This document shows, one piece after another, positions 26,406 to 39,765 of a DNA stretch of 64,000 nucleotides. Made by a program: the position numbers and the translations under genes. Source of the DNA: the human T2T-CHM13v2.0 reference genome, Homo sapiens. The stretch lies in NCBI RefSeq assembly GCF_009914755.1, contig NC_060940.1; one strand, given 5' to 3'. Below the pieces are notes generated by a model that worked only from the letters and a program-made list of their open reading frames with translations, was not told the DNA's origin and searched no databases. How positions within the stretch are numbered: position 1 is the first letter of the stretch; every line of letters starts with the position of its first letter.

Positions 26406-29400
26406 CTCTGAGTATATTTTTATATAGTCCGTCTTCAAGCTCACTCATTCTTTCTTCTGCTTGATCAATTCTGCAATCAAAGGACTCTGATGTATTCTTC
26501 AGTACGCCAATAGCATTTTCCAGGTCCAGAATTTCTGCTTCTTTTTATTTCAATCTCTTAGTTAAATCTGTGTGATAGAATTCTGAGTTCCTTCTCTGTG
26601 TTATATTGAATTTCTTTGAGTTTTCTCAAAACAGCTATTCTGAATTCTTTGTCTAAAAGGTCATAAATCTCTGTTTCTCCAAGAATAGTCCATGGTGCCT
26701 TATTTAGTTCATTTGGTGAGGTCATATTTTCCAGATGGTCTCGATACTTGCAGATGTTCGTCTGTATCTGGGCATTGAACACTTAGGTATTTACTGCTGT
26801 CTTCTCAGTCTGGACACATTTGTACCCATCCATCTTGGGAAGGCTTTCTCAATATTTGAAAGGACTTGGATGTTATTATCAAAGCTTAGTCTGCTTTAGA
26901 GGGCACTCCAAGACCAGTAATGCTGTGGTTCTTGGACACTCATAGAGATACTGCCTTGATGGCCCTGAACAAGATCAGGGAGAATTCTCCGGATTACAAG
27001 GGAGAGACTCTAGTTCTCTTCTCTTACTTTCTCTGAAACAAACAGAGTCTCTCTCTGTGTCTGTTTTGGGCCACCTAGAGCTGGGGGTGGAGTGACATGA
27101 GCACCCCTGTGGCCACCATGACCCTGTGACTATGCTGGGTCACACTGGAAGCCAACACAGCACTGGGTCTCACCCACGGCCTTCTGTAACCACCCCCTGG
27201 CTACTCCCTATGTTCACTCAAGACTCTGAGGCTCTGCAATCAGCAGATGGCAAAGCTAGCCAGGCCTGTGTCCTTCCCTTCAGAGTAGTGAGTTTTCCCA
27301 GGACCCAGGCAGGTCCACAGCTGCCATCCTGAAACCAAAACTAGAATAAAAAACCTTCAAAGTCTACCTAGTGTGCTACTGTACTATAGCTGAGTTGGCA
27401 CTCAAACCACAAGACACAGTCTTTCCCATTCTTCCTTTCTCTTTCCCAAGGCCTCATCCCATAGCCACTGCCATCACAGGCCCATGGGGTATACTGCCAG
27501 ACTACTGCTGATGTTCCCTAAGGCCCAAGGGCTCTTCACCAAGCTTGGGGTGAATGCTGCCTGGTCTGAAACTGACCTTTAAGTGCAGTAGGCTCCTCTC
27601 TGGCCCTGGGTAGGTCCGGAAATACCATTCAAGATCCAAGTCCTGGAATCAGAGACTCCAAGAGCCTGCTTGGTGCTCTACCTACCTGTGGCTGAGCTGG
27701 TACCTAAGGTCCAAGACAAAGTCCCATTCACTTTTCCTTCTGCTTTTCTCAAGCAGAGGAGTCTTGTCCCATAGCCACCACAGCTGGAAGTGTGCTGAGT
27801 CTCACATGAAGTCAGCAGGTCTCAGAGTCTCACCCAAGGCCCTCAATGTAGTAGCTTGTTATTGCTGCTGGTTATTTAGGGCCCAAGGGCTCTTCAATTA
27901 GCAGGTAAGGAATCCTGCCAGGACTGGGTCCTTCACTGCAAGGTAGCAGGTTCCCTTCTGACCCAGGGTGTGTCTAGAAATGTTGTTCAGGAGCTAGGGC
28001 CTGGAAAAAGGGCCTCATGACTCTGACTGGTGCCCTATACTGTTGTGGCTGAGCTAGTATCCAAGATGCAAGACAAAGTCCTCCCCACTCTTTGCTCTCC
28101 TTTCCTCAAGTGGAGGGAAGGGGTCTCTTTAGGAGTTGTAAGCTGTGTAGCCTGGGATTAGGGAAGGGATGATGTCTGTCCTCCCTTAGCTGCTCAGGCT
28201 GGTGTCTCAGTAGGCTGCATACCCCACTAGTCCGCTGGCTCTGGGCCCAGTTCAGCACTAGGACTTGCCTAAAAGTTTGCAGTCCTTGTGGCCTAGACTG
28301 CCTTTCAACTTTATTTAGAGTCCCAGAGTGCTTTGGCCCACAATGGTGAGACTTGCAGGAACTCAAGTTCAGACTGCTGGGATCAGTCAATCCCTCCTGG
28401 CTAGGGCTGGTTTAAATGCTCACTCTGTAGGTGGGCATCAGCTGAATTTGGTTGTTTTTTTTTGTTTTGTTTCCTTGCTATAACAGGGCAACACTGAGTT
28501 CAGTGCCTCACAACTGCTGTGCTGCTCTTCCTCTTCCCAGAGCAAAGAAACACCTTGGCACCATGCCAACACTGTCAGGAAGGTAGAGAGGTGGCGTCAG
28601 CAATTCAATCACCCAGCAATTCAGGGTGATCAGTGGAGCCTTTTGTTCTGCCATATTGCTCCACCTAAAGGAGTGTGTTATTTAATTTGTGAATTTTCCT
28701 CCTGTTTCTAGTTTCATACCTTTGTGGTCAGAAGATATTTGATACCATTTCAAGCTTCTTAAATGTGTTAAGACTTGGTTTGTGGCCTACACATAATCTA
28801 TTTTGGAAAATGGTCCTTGTGCCCTTGAGAAGAATGTGTATTCTACTGCTGTTGGATGGAATGTTTTGTATATGTTTGTTAGGTCCATTTGTTCAAGTCT
28901 GACATTTCCTTATTGATTTTCTGTCTGGATGATCTATCCATTGTTGAAAGCAGAGTATCAAAGTCCCCTACTATTATGTTGTTGTCTATTTCTCCCTTCA
29001 ATTCTGTTAATATTTGCTTTGTATTTTCTTGATGAATTGATCCCTTTATGATTACATAGAAATATTCTTTATTTCTGTGACAGATAGCCACTCCTGCTCT
29101 CTTTTGGTTACTTTCTGAATGGAATATCTTTTTCTATCCCTTGACTTTCAGCCCATGTGTCTTCTTAATTCTAAAGTGAGTTTCTTGCAGGTAGCCTACA
29201 GTCAAATCACATTTTTTTAATTCATTGGGTTACTCTGTTTTTTGATTGGGGAATTTAATCCATTTACATTTAAATTAATTATTGATAGGTCAGAACTTAC
29301 TGTTGCCATTTGAATAAAACTGATTATTTTATAGTTCTTTGGTTTCTTTCTTCCTCTCGCTTTTTTTTTTTTAAGTGGTATGCTTTTATTCCTTTTTGTC

Positions 29401-31752
29401 TTGTATGTATTTATTATGAGTTTGGCTTTGTGAGTATCATGAAGCTTATATAAAGCATCTTATAGTTATAACAGTCTATTTTAAATGATAGCAGCTTAAT
29501 TTTGGTCACATACAAAAACTTTATACTTTTACTCACCCTGCCAACATTTTCTGCTATTGATATCACAATTTACATCTTTTTATACTGTGTACCAATTAAA
29601 TTTTTGTAGCTGGCTATTTTTATACATTTGTATTTTTAACCTTCATCCTAAAAGTGATTTACATACCACCATTACAGTATTAGACTATTCTAATTTGACT
29701 ACGTATTTACCTTTATTTCTGAGTTTTATAGCTTCATATATTTTCCTGATGCTAATAAGCATCCTTTCATTTCAACCTGAACAACTTCCCTTAGCATTTC
29801 TTATAAGGCAGGTCTAGCGGTGATAAACTCCCTCAGCTTTCGTTTGCCTGTGAAAATCTTTCTCTCTCCCTTATTTCTGAAGGACAGCTTTGTCAGGTAT
29901 GCTATTCTTGGTTAGCAGCTATTTTCTTTCATCACTTTGAATATATCATTCCACTCTTTCCTGGCCTGTAAAGTTTCTGCTGAGAAATCTGCTGATAGTC
30001 TTATAATGAGTCCTTTGCATGTGACAAAAACCCCTTCTGTTTTCAAAATTATCTTCATCTTTGACTTTTGATAATTTGATTTTAATGTGTCTCAGTGATG
30101 ACCTCATTATGCTCAAGTTATTTGGAGTTTTTTGGGCTTCATGGAAGTGCATGCTCATTTCTCTTTCCAGATTTGGGAAGTTATCTTTCATCATATCTTT
30201 AAATAAACTTTCTTCCTCTTTCTCTTTCTGAGCTACTTCTGGGACTCTCATAATGCATACTTTGGTTCACTTGATGGTGTCCCATCATCCCGTATGCTTT
30301 CTTCATCCTTTTCATTCTTTTATGTTTTTGTTCTTCTCCCTAGATAATTTCAAAAGCCCGTAATTCTTTAGTGGTAATATACTTCCTTGAATCTTGATGT
30401 TCCTTGAAGCCTTCACGTTTGAAGAAACAGCCAACTCTTCCTGTCTTTATTGATCACCATGAAGAGAGAAAGACCTGCACCAGTGAGCCTGGTTAGAGAT
30501 GCTGAAGGTTTCTCAGACCTTTACTATGAATGCATTTGCTCCACTCCTCTTGTTTCCTCTTATGGGGAAATCTTAATACTGTCTGCCTTCTCTTCATCCT
30601 ACAAAGCTGGGACTGGTGCCAAAAGCCTCTCATTTATTTTCCCTAGAGCTGCGCCCTGAAGTGTTTAAGGTTGTGTGCTTTCTCACAAACCAGTAGATCA
30701 GGCTTTTAAGATACATATTGGCTACTGAGATCCATGCACTGTCTGAGGGAGCTTGCACAGGCCATGCACCAGGGACTCATGGGGTACCATCCATGGCGGT
30801 GGTGGTGAATGGGGTCCTAAGGGTGCACAACAGCTTGTTGGGAATGTATATGGGTAAATTGTATTGCAGGATTTGTGGGTGGATCACTTGATGGAGTCCA
30901 TGAACCAGTTAACTATATCTGTGGCTGGCTGTTGAAAACTGCATGCCAGTTGCTGTGAGTGTTCACTTCTTCTCCCTACTCCTAGCTACCACTGGATTAT
31001 TCAGCCATGCAGATCCCCTTGGTGTTCTGGGAGGGGAAAGATGACGTGAGACTCTCAGGCAGCATCCCACAAGGCTGGGTAACTCAGGCTCTCACTTTGC
31101 TCTCCCTTTCCCTCCTGAGAGAAATTGTGGGCCTCTTTTGGCACAAAGATGTGGTACTTTAAGGAGGGGTGACATTAGTGAAGTGAAATTGCTCTTCTTA
31201 CTCTTTTCAATGTTTCCACTCTCAGATTTTTTGCTCCACCAGTGTGCTGGAAACTCTCAGCTATATTTTGTGGCTCCCACAAAGGTATTCTCATCTGTGG
31301 GTGGTTACACCAACTGGTGTTTCCTTGAGGGGAATGAGAGCTAGATTCTCCTGTTCTGCCATCTTGCTGATGTCACACTCCCTAGATGCTTTCTTTGTAG
31401 AGGAAAACTCTGAGGCTTCTTTGTAAGAAAGAATAACTTAACCATTCTTGGTGTGTAAGTTCCCTCATTCCTCCAATTCTCATCAATACAGAAAAACAGC
31501 TAACTGCATCTCAAAACCAGGCAGTGTCAGTATAATAAAAATAAATTATACTGAAAATAAAGCAAACACTTAGTTCATATTGTAATTGAACATAACTAGA
31601 AACAATGTTTGGTTAATGGTTGACAATAACTTTATCTTTCAAATAGAAGTAAAGGTATCCACATATTAAGGCAAATCACTCTATAAAATAACAAAAGCCA
31701 CAGTTCCCTGAAATTTTCTCTTCCAAACTTTTCCAAAGATGGGAGGTACTGA

Positions 31753-32106
<354 letters not shown>

Positions 32107-32656
32107 TATAATGCTATTGTAAATGCATTATCTACCAGATCAACTCATTGATTAGAGAAAGTTAAAATGTAAAAATTTGAAGCTAACTTCTATCTGAATT
32201 AAAGCTACATGCTCAAAAGACAATGAATGTCAGAAATAAAACTGAGAGAAATATTAACTAATAAAGGCAAATTCAACTTTTAGAGGTCAAAAAATAATCC
32301 ATTATGTTAATGTGTGACTTTCTCAGGGAGTTGCTAAGTGTTCCCTGCAGAGTTTGACTTACTGTGTCAGAGCAGCAAAAGTTTTAACTAAAAAACAAAA
32401 TCCTGGCACCATTGGAAAAACATACCATATGAGAATGAATTCACAAAGTAACTATGATTCACTCATGCTTGATGTGCTATGTTCAGATCAGAGATTTTAA
32501 ACATTAAATAAAGGTCACTACAATCAAAGAGGTCAGGGAATGGGGAGACAAACTCAAAACAATTAAGATGTCTCAGTCTGGAAAGCTGAGAATAAAGGAG
32601 ATTTTTTATAGAATGAAAACTGATTTACCAAATCCTAAAATTAGGAGCACCTTTTG

Positions 32657-32991
<335 letters not shown>

Positions 32992-33084
32992 TGAAAGTGG
33001 TAAACACAGAACAAATATGATGAAATAAAACAAGACAGAACATTACTTGACATAACAAAGTAAAGTTTCAGAAATTGCTATTTC

Positions 33085-33274
33085 CCAGCCTGGGCAACAT
33101 AGTGAGACACTGTCTTAAAAAAAAACTAATTAATGAGATACTAGCTGAGCACAGTGGCACACACATGTATTCCTGCTGAATGAGAGGCTAAGGCATGAGA
33201 ATCGCTTGAATCCAGGAGTGCAAGACTAGCCTTGGCAACACAGCAAGATCCTGCCTTTAAAAAGAAAGAAAGAA
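33085..33274 (+). mobile_element. Partial Alu / FLAM-like monomer
   Basis: cagcctgggcaacatagtgagac, an A-run, then a short monomer ending gactagccttggcaacacagcaagatcc with an A-rich tail. Confidence 0.8.
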
Positions 33275-34664
33275 ATCATTGCTTCAAGAGAAAAAAATAA
33301 TCAGGATTAAAAACTATCAAAATAAATAAATGTATGCTAAATTCATCATATGTTATTAAAGGGAAACTAGGATGTTTTCTTGACCCATAACATTGAGCAC
33401 CAAAACCCCTCTCACTGGGAGTCAGAATACTAGGATATTTTCAGTAGAGCAATCGTATATTATTATAAATGTTACTTGGAGTCTTCCTTAAGTTTCAGTG
33501 GAGAAAAGTAAGTATATTAAGACACTTTAATAGATGTAAAATTTAACAAGGTTTTAAATCTAACAGCTTTAAAGAAAAAACCCAACTCTGAAATTGGGGG
33601 TTATTATTTTGTAACTCAAACAGTAAAAACCATGATGTTAACATCTTTACCTACAGTCTTATAGGTAACAAATCTACTGCAGAAAACAACAGCTGAAAGT
33701 TGTTGCTATTTTGCACTATTCTGAAGGAATATACTAAGACTCAGTTTATGTATTTCTGCACTTCCAAACCACAAGGGCAACTAATATTCATCTGTGTGGA
33801 GTCTCAACAAATAAACCCAAAATGAGTAACAGGATTGAAAACCAGTTCTTTTATTTTTTTTTTTTCAATCTTGGCTTAGATTTAAAGTGCTATTATGAAA
33901 GAAGATGTTAAGTTAATGAAGACAGTAAACTAGTAGGTTTGAGAACCAATTTCTTGTGTCTTCAGAGTTTTCAACTCAATATGACACAGATAAATTCACT
34001 TCAGTGCAAATAAAAAGCACAGACTAAAACTGTAATTCTAGGAGCTGTATTAGGAACCTAAAAGCCAATTGTTAACAACTGGATAAGTCAAATATCCATA
34101 GATAACTGAAGACGATAGATTTTTCTTCTTTGGTTTTTATTTGTTTTCTCCATTTTGCCCTTTAAGGTAAGCCTGTACCTGCTTATTTGTCCTTAGGAAA
34201 AAACCAGATATCAGGATAAAGCTATTGTTTCTGAAGAATGACTGCCAATGTCAGGTTTCTCTCTGTAAACTGAAACAGAAGGAGCTATCTTATTCCCAAT
34301 AGGGTCTCAGAAAAAGATACAGGTTTAAGGTTGATAATTCCCATGTACACATGGTAAGAAGGGACAAGATCTGCTTTATAGAGTTAATCCTCAAAAAAAG
34401 ATACGGATTCTTAGGCCCTGTTGGCAAACAATAGGTTCCATGGGGTGAGTGCATCAGCCAAAATGGCATATGTGTAAAGTGAGCACCAGCATGTGATAAC
34501 TGTTTGTGGATGATGGTGTAATAAAATTTTTTGATTGTGTGACCATTTATTTTAAAATAAATCAGATCTGTAAATATAAACAAATAAAGAAATAATATCT
34601 GACACAGAGAATTTCAAAGACTATCCTAATTACTGATAGATGATGTACAATAAGACAAGCATAA

Positions 34665-35011
<347 letters not shown>

Positions 35012-35124
35012 TGTTGCTTTCTAATCTATAAAACAATTATATATAATTTAATGATTTCTAAGGTTTCTTGGCTATCTAAAGATCCAGAACATTGCCATTA
35101 TTTTACGAAGTCAGATGACTTTCT

Positions 35125-36120
35125 CTTTCTTATTTGACAATATTTATTATGTTCCAGCCAGCTTTGTGAGCATAGGTTATTCAACTGAGAGAAAAACTAG
35201 ATATAGATCCTATAGTTTATAGACATTAATCAAGAAACTATATATTATCAAAAATTGTGTGTTATAAAAACACACGGAGCTCTGAATGCACAGAAGGGGA
35301 CTGATTCAGTTTGGTGGGGAAGGAATGAGAGTATGGGAAGATTTCCATGAGGAACTCAATTTTAAGCTGAGATCTGAAGGATGAGTAGGGATTACCTAGG
35401 AAAGGGAGGAATGGGATGAAAATGGTATTTGTAGGTAGAAGGAAAGGCTTGTCCAAAGATCCAAGTTAATAGGTATGCAGCTGAAATAGTAGGGGGAAGA
35501 ATGTGATGTAATGAAGTTGGAGCATCAGACAAAGTTCAGATCATGCTTAGCTTAGAATGCCATATTAAAGATGGCAGTCTTCATTTTAGGGAAATAGGAA
35601 GCCTTTGAAAAGTTTCACCAACAGGAGACAAATGACCAGATTTCTAAAACATCACCTTGGTTGTGATATGGAGAAATAATTGTCAGAGGTAAGAACGGAT
35701 GTTGAAAAAACAGGAAGTTTTTGTGGTAGGCCAGGTGAAACATCATGGTAATTTGCCCTGGGACAGTGCGGTGGATAATGACATAAGTGGCTGAATTCAA
35801 AAGATATTTGTAAGGTAAAATGGACATTAGGTGATGAAGTAGACATGGGGAGGGAATTACCAAAAATAATTCTAATGTCTCTGCAATTAGTGAAGTCATT
35901 TACAAAAAGTAAGGAATGGGGACAAAAGAACAGATTTTTTTCTTTATTTTTAAAGTAGGGGGTGGTTTGAAGATCATGAGTTCATATTTGGACATGTTAA
36001 TTTTGAGCTATGTTTAGAGATGTCAAGTAGAACAGAATAAGAACAAGGAATGCAAATTAAAAGAATCACAGGCATATAATTGAAACCTGAGTATAAATGA
36101 GATCTCCCAAGGGAGAGAGT
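35125..36120 (-). mobile_element. L2 LINE
   Basis: aagctgagatctgaaggatgagtagg and gagttcatatttggacatgttaattttgag are antisense L2 motifs. Confidence 0.85.
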
Positions 36121-36229
36121 ATTCTATAATTGTTTTAAAAAATGTAAGAACACATTATTTTAAGGCCTTTTGGAAAAAAGAACATATTTACTGTATCAAA
36201 TTCTCACAAGCCTTCCAATGTCAAATAAT

Positions 36230-36405
36230 AATCAGCATTTTAATGTATTATCTTAATTGAACATCACAATCATTTTATGGGATAGGTACTATCATTATTC
36301 TCATGGTGCATATAAAGAGGCTAAAGCTTTGGGAAGTAATTTACCTTATTCAGAAGCCAGAGTTCAAACCTAGGGCTGAGCTCTTAACTATTGTACTGGG
36401 CTGCT
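36230..36405 (-). mobile_element. MIR SINE
   Basis: gataggtactatcattattctcat...gccagagttcaaacctagg. Confidence 0.7.
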
Positions 36406-37088
36406 TTCTTAGTACTTCTTATATTAAACCAGAAACAGTAACAACTTTAACAGTCAAAGTCTTGTAAAGACTTGTGTGCAGAGTGCAACACTGCATATTT
36501 AAAGTAATTATGTAGGAAGAGAGTATGGCAGCTTTAATTTGATAGAACTATGGGAGAACAAAGATTTTAGGAACATAAAATAAGTCTGGTTTACACAAAT
36601 GACAGAAATCTCCTGCTCAGTTACCTTAAATTGCTTCATATCATAAAACCATAAAAAATATCATCATCAGCAATATGGCATCCAACAGTAACTCTGTTTA
36701 GGAACTGGTTTCAGTTTTGACTCACAGAAAGTAGTATTTCCCAGAAAGTTATCATGTCAAAAGACTTAGTTTTTCTTGGGCTATATGAAAATCTAACTCA
36801 GTTTACGTATTACCCAATAAGGATCATAGCCATAGAGGGAGTTGAAAGTTTACTAAGTGATAAGAATTTGAAAATCAAGAGGATCTAGGAAAGGCTTGTA
36901 AGTAGATAGCTTTGGGTATTATTATCAAATCAAGAAACCTTATTTTATGCTTATACTTTAAAAAAAATGCTTGTGCCTTTATGTTTGTAAGTATTGATAT
37001 ATTGGGGTCCCCAGAAAGTATAAGAATAAAGTCAAATTAGGCAAATACATAAGCTTTAACTGAGTTTAAATTTCAAAATGAAAGTTAC

Positions 37089-37530
37089 TGTCTTAGTCTG
37101 CTTAGATTTGCTATAAAGAAATACCTAAGGCTGGGTAATTTACAAGGAAAAGAGGTTTATTTGGCACACAGTTCTGCAGGCTGTACAAGAGGCTTGGCAC
37201 CAGCATCTACTTCTGGTAAGGGCTTCAGGCTGCTTCCCCTCATGTCAGAAGTTAAAGAGGAGCTGGCATGCACAGAGATCACATGACGAGAGAGGAAGCA
37301 GAGAAAGCAAGCGGAGTTGGGGTTTGCACCAGGCTATTTTTAACAACCAGCTCTCATGAGAACTAATAGAATGAGAACTCACTTACCCCCTCACCCCCAG
37401 GGAGAGGATTATTCTATTCATGAAGGATATGCCCCCATGACCCAAACACCTCCCTTTAAGCCTCGTCTCCAACATTAGAAATCAAATTTCAACATGAGAT
37501 TTGAAGGGGTCAAACAAACCAAACTATACA
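37089..37530 (-). mobile_element. MSTB-like solo LTR (ERVL-MaLR)
   Basis: TG...CA ends; tgtcttagtc...gctataaagaaatacctaaggctgggtaattta; aaatttcaacatgagatttgaagggg. Imperfect 5-bp TSD gttac/gtaat. Confidence 0.9.
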
Positions 37531-38228
37531 GTAATGAAGAGAGCAAGTGTTTGCATTACTAGCATAAGGAGTGCTTTGGAACTGAGTGGAATGTGGACAC
37601 AATGTCTCTTAAGAGCAGGGATGCTGGTTCTCTGCGTAGATATAAAATTTTACTCTGGCATGAACACACAAAAAGGCGATCTTTCTTCCTTTATACATGT
37701 GTAACTCTTAATGATGACCAGAACAAATACTAGCATTGTCACTTTACTAAATTGCAGTGTAGGTATTTACAGTCTACACTTGCATGCAATTTCAGCTTCT
37801 GAATATAACATTAGTGATTCTAATTTTATTTTATTTGCAGCTGAAATGACTTGTGTGCAATATACATGATTGGTGACCTTACTAGAATGTCCTAAAACAT
37901 GCTGTGCCAGAGATAAGTTTAGTTGCCACAAGGCAACTGAAGTTGAATTTTTAGGTCATAATATGCCTGAAAAAAAGGGTTGTATCATCTTTAGTGTTAA
38001 AGATATTTAAGGCATTTTATTATTATGAGCCATATACCCATCTGAACAACAAAGATGCCTTGAGTGTTCAAGTCAATCCATAGTTTGGAAGGCCTTGGAT
38101 AAGGTTCTTTAAGCTTTTCTGTGCCCAGCCCCTGCAGACTGATTAAGCCATATGCAGATTATCTTTCTCCATAAGCATTTATTTCATGAACTTAAGGAAA
38201 AAGCCAAAGTGAAAATTAAGGTTTATAT

Positions 38229-38393
38229 CAGGGCCAAGACTGGGATGAGGTAAGAGAAACGCCTATGGTGTAAAATTTAAGGAGGCTCTCAATCCCAGGG
38301 TCATGTAAGTGCTAGGTTGACACCAGAAAGTGGGTACCTCCTTAAATTTTGCTATATAAGCACCTTCCTAGCCTCACCCTAGTCCTGGCCTTG
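38229..38393. mobile_element. MER91A-like hAT-Tip100 MITE
   Basis: Palindromic: cagggcc...aaaatttaaggagg...cctccttaaatttt...ggccttg. 8-bp TSD gtttatat/gattttat. Confidence 0.85.
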
Positions 38394-38579
38394 GATTTTA
38401 TTGTCAAAGGTCTTTCAGAGTCAAGGCTGTGCTATTTCAGATGCACATCTTTTTGTTGTTGTTGCTCAAAAGCTAACAAAAATCAAGTACATAATTTTTA
38501 AACTTTATATCAAAAAAGTACTGTAAAAAAATGAAATACGTAGAGGAGCAATATTAATAGAGATCTCAGCTAAATCTGA

Positions 38580-38862
38580 ATAACAACTAATAGCATACCT
38601 GTTGGTACTATTTGCTGTGTGCAATTATATATATATTTATATATAAACACACAGACACACACATACACGCACACATATAAAATCTCCTTCAGTCCTCAAC
38701 TCTGAGTTAAAGTATAATTATCATTATTATTCCCATTTATACAGGTAGGGAAATTAAGGCTTATAGATGTCAAATAAAAAATTGCTCACTGTCGCATAGC
38801 GAGTAGGAACTCAAGCTGATCTAACTCAAAACCCTAATCTCTAACTGCTATGCTTTGCTGCC
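38580..38862 (-). mobile_element. MIR SINE with internal (TA)n/(CA)n microsatellite
   Basis: attattcccatttatacaggtagggaaattaaggctt core; simple repeat at about 38627-38678. Confidence 0.75.
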
Positions 38863-39749
38863 TTCTAAATATTATCATTCAATATTGGTGATCTGTTGAT
38901 TGTATCTCTACTATAGGCAGGCATGTACATGCTAATTGCTTATGTAAATTTAGCATTTTTCTTGTCAGAAAAACTGGTTAATAAGCTTTAGAGTACTCTC
39001 ATTTTTGCAGCCTTATAGCATGGTGGACTAAGAAAGGGAAAATGAATGTAAGAAAAAGAAAAGAAAGAAGGAAAAAACAAAAGATTGCAAGAGAAAATGC
39101 ATGATTTAGAGATCATATCCCTTTTGTGAACCAGGATAAAATAATAAGCATGAGGATGAGATTAGTATATGCAAAGAAGCTTCTTTAAAGCAAACCCAAA
39201 AGAAAAAGGAGGTCTCATTTATAGTGGAGCAAAAGAAAGAAAAAAAGGTTTATTAGAGGACAAAAAATGTTACTTTGGTTTTAATTTCAGCTTTTTCAAA
39301 TTAAAAAAAATTAAAATAGACTTCTTTTTTCAGAAACAAAGTATCAGAACTTGTTACTTTTTCTATCTGCTGTAGAAAATACTGATATAAACCAAAACAT
39401 AGGGTGAACAACGTTACAGTACTTAATTTTAAAAACAAGTTAAAGTAATAAGTGTTATTCAATTCATATAGCAAGAAGAAACACTTATGTAGAAGTAACT
39501 AAGATTATTAATGTCTAAGAAATACATGTTTCACGAACAATTTTAAGAATATGTTTTAAGAGACATAGTATTATTGGCCATGATTGTGATGTTCCAGTTT
39601 TTTTGGGAAGAGTAGATACTATAAAAGGTTAAATGCCATTTTTTCACCCCGTACCTGCCCGAACCTCTGAGCTCCTCAAACCCTTACCTCCATCACTAAG
39701 CCAAGCTCTGATACCAGTAAGAAAGTCCCTATCTTGCAACCTGCTAAAG

Positions 39750-39765
39750 AGTGCCCTCTTGTGTT
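39750..39765 (-). promoter_or_regulatory. Candidate CTCF motif
   Basis: The minus strand reads ACACAAGAGGGCAC, close to the CCAC(C/A)AG(A/G)GGGC(A/G)C core. Confidence 0.35.
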
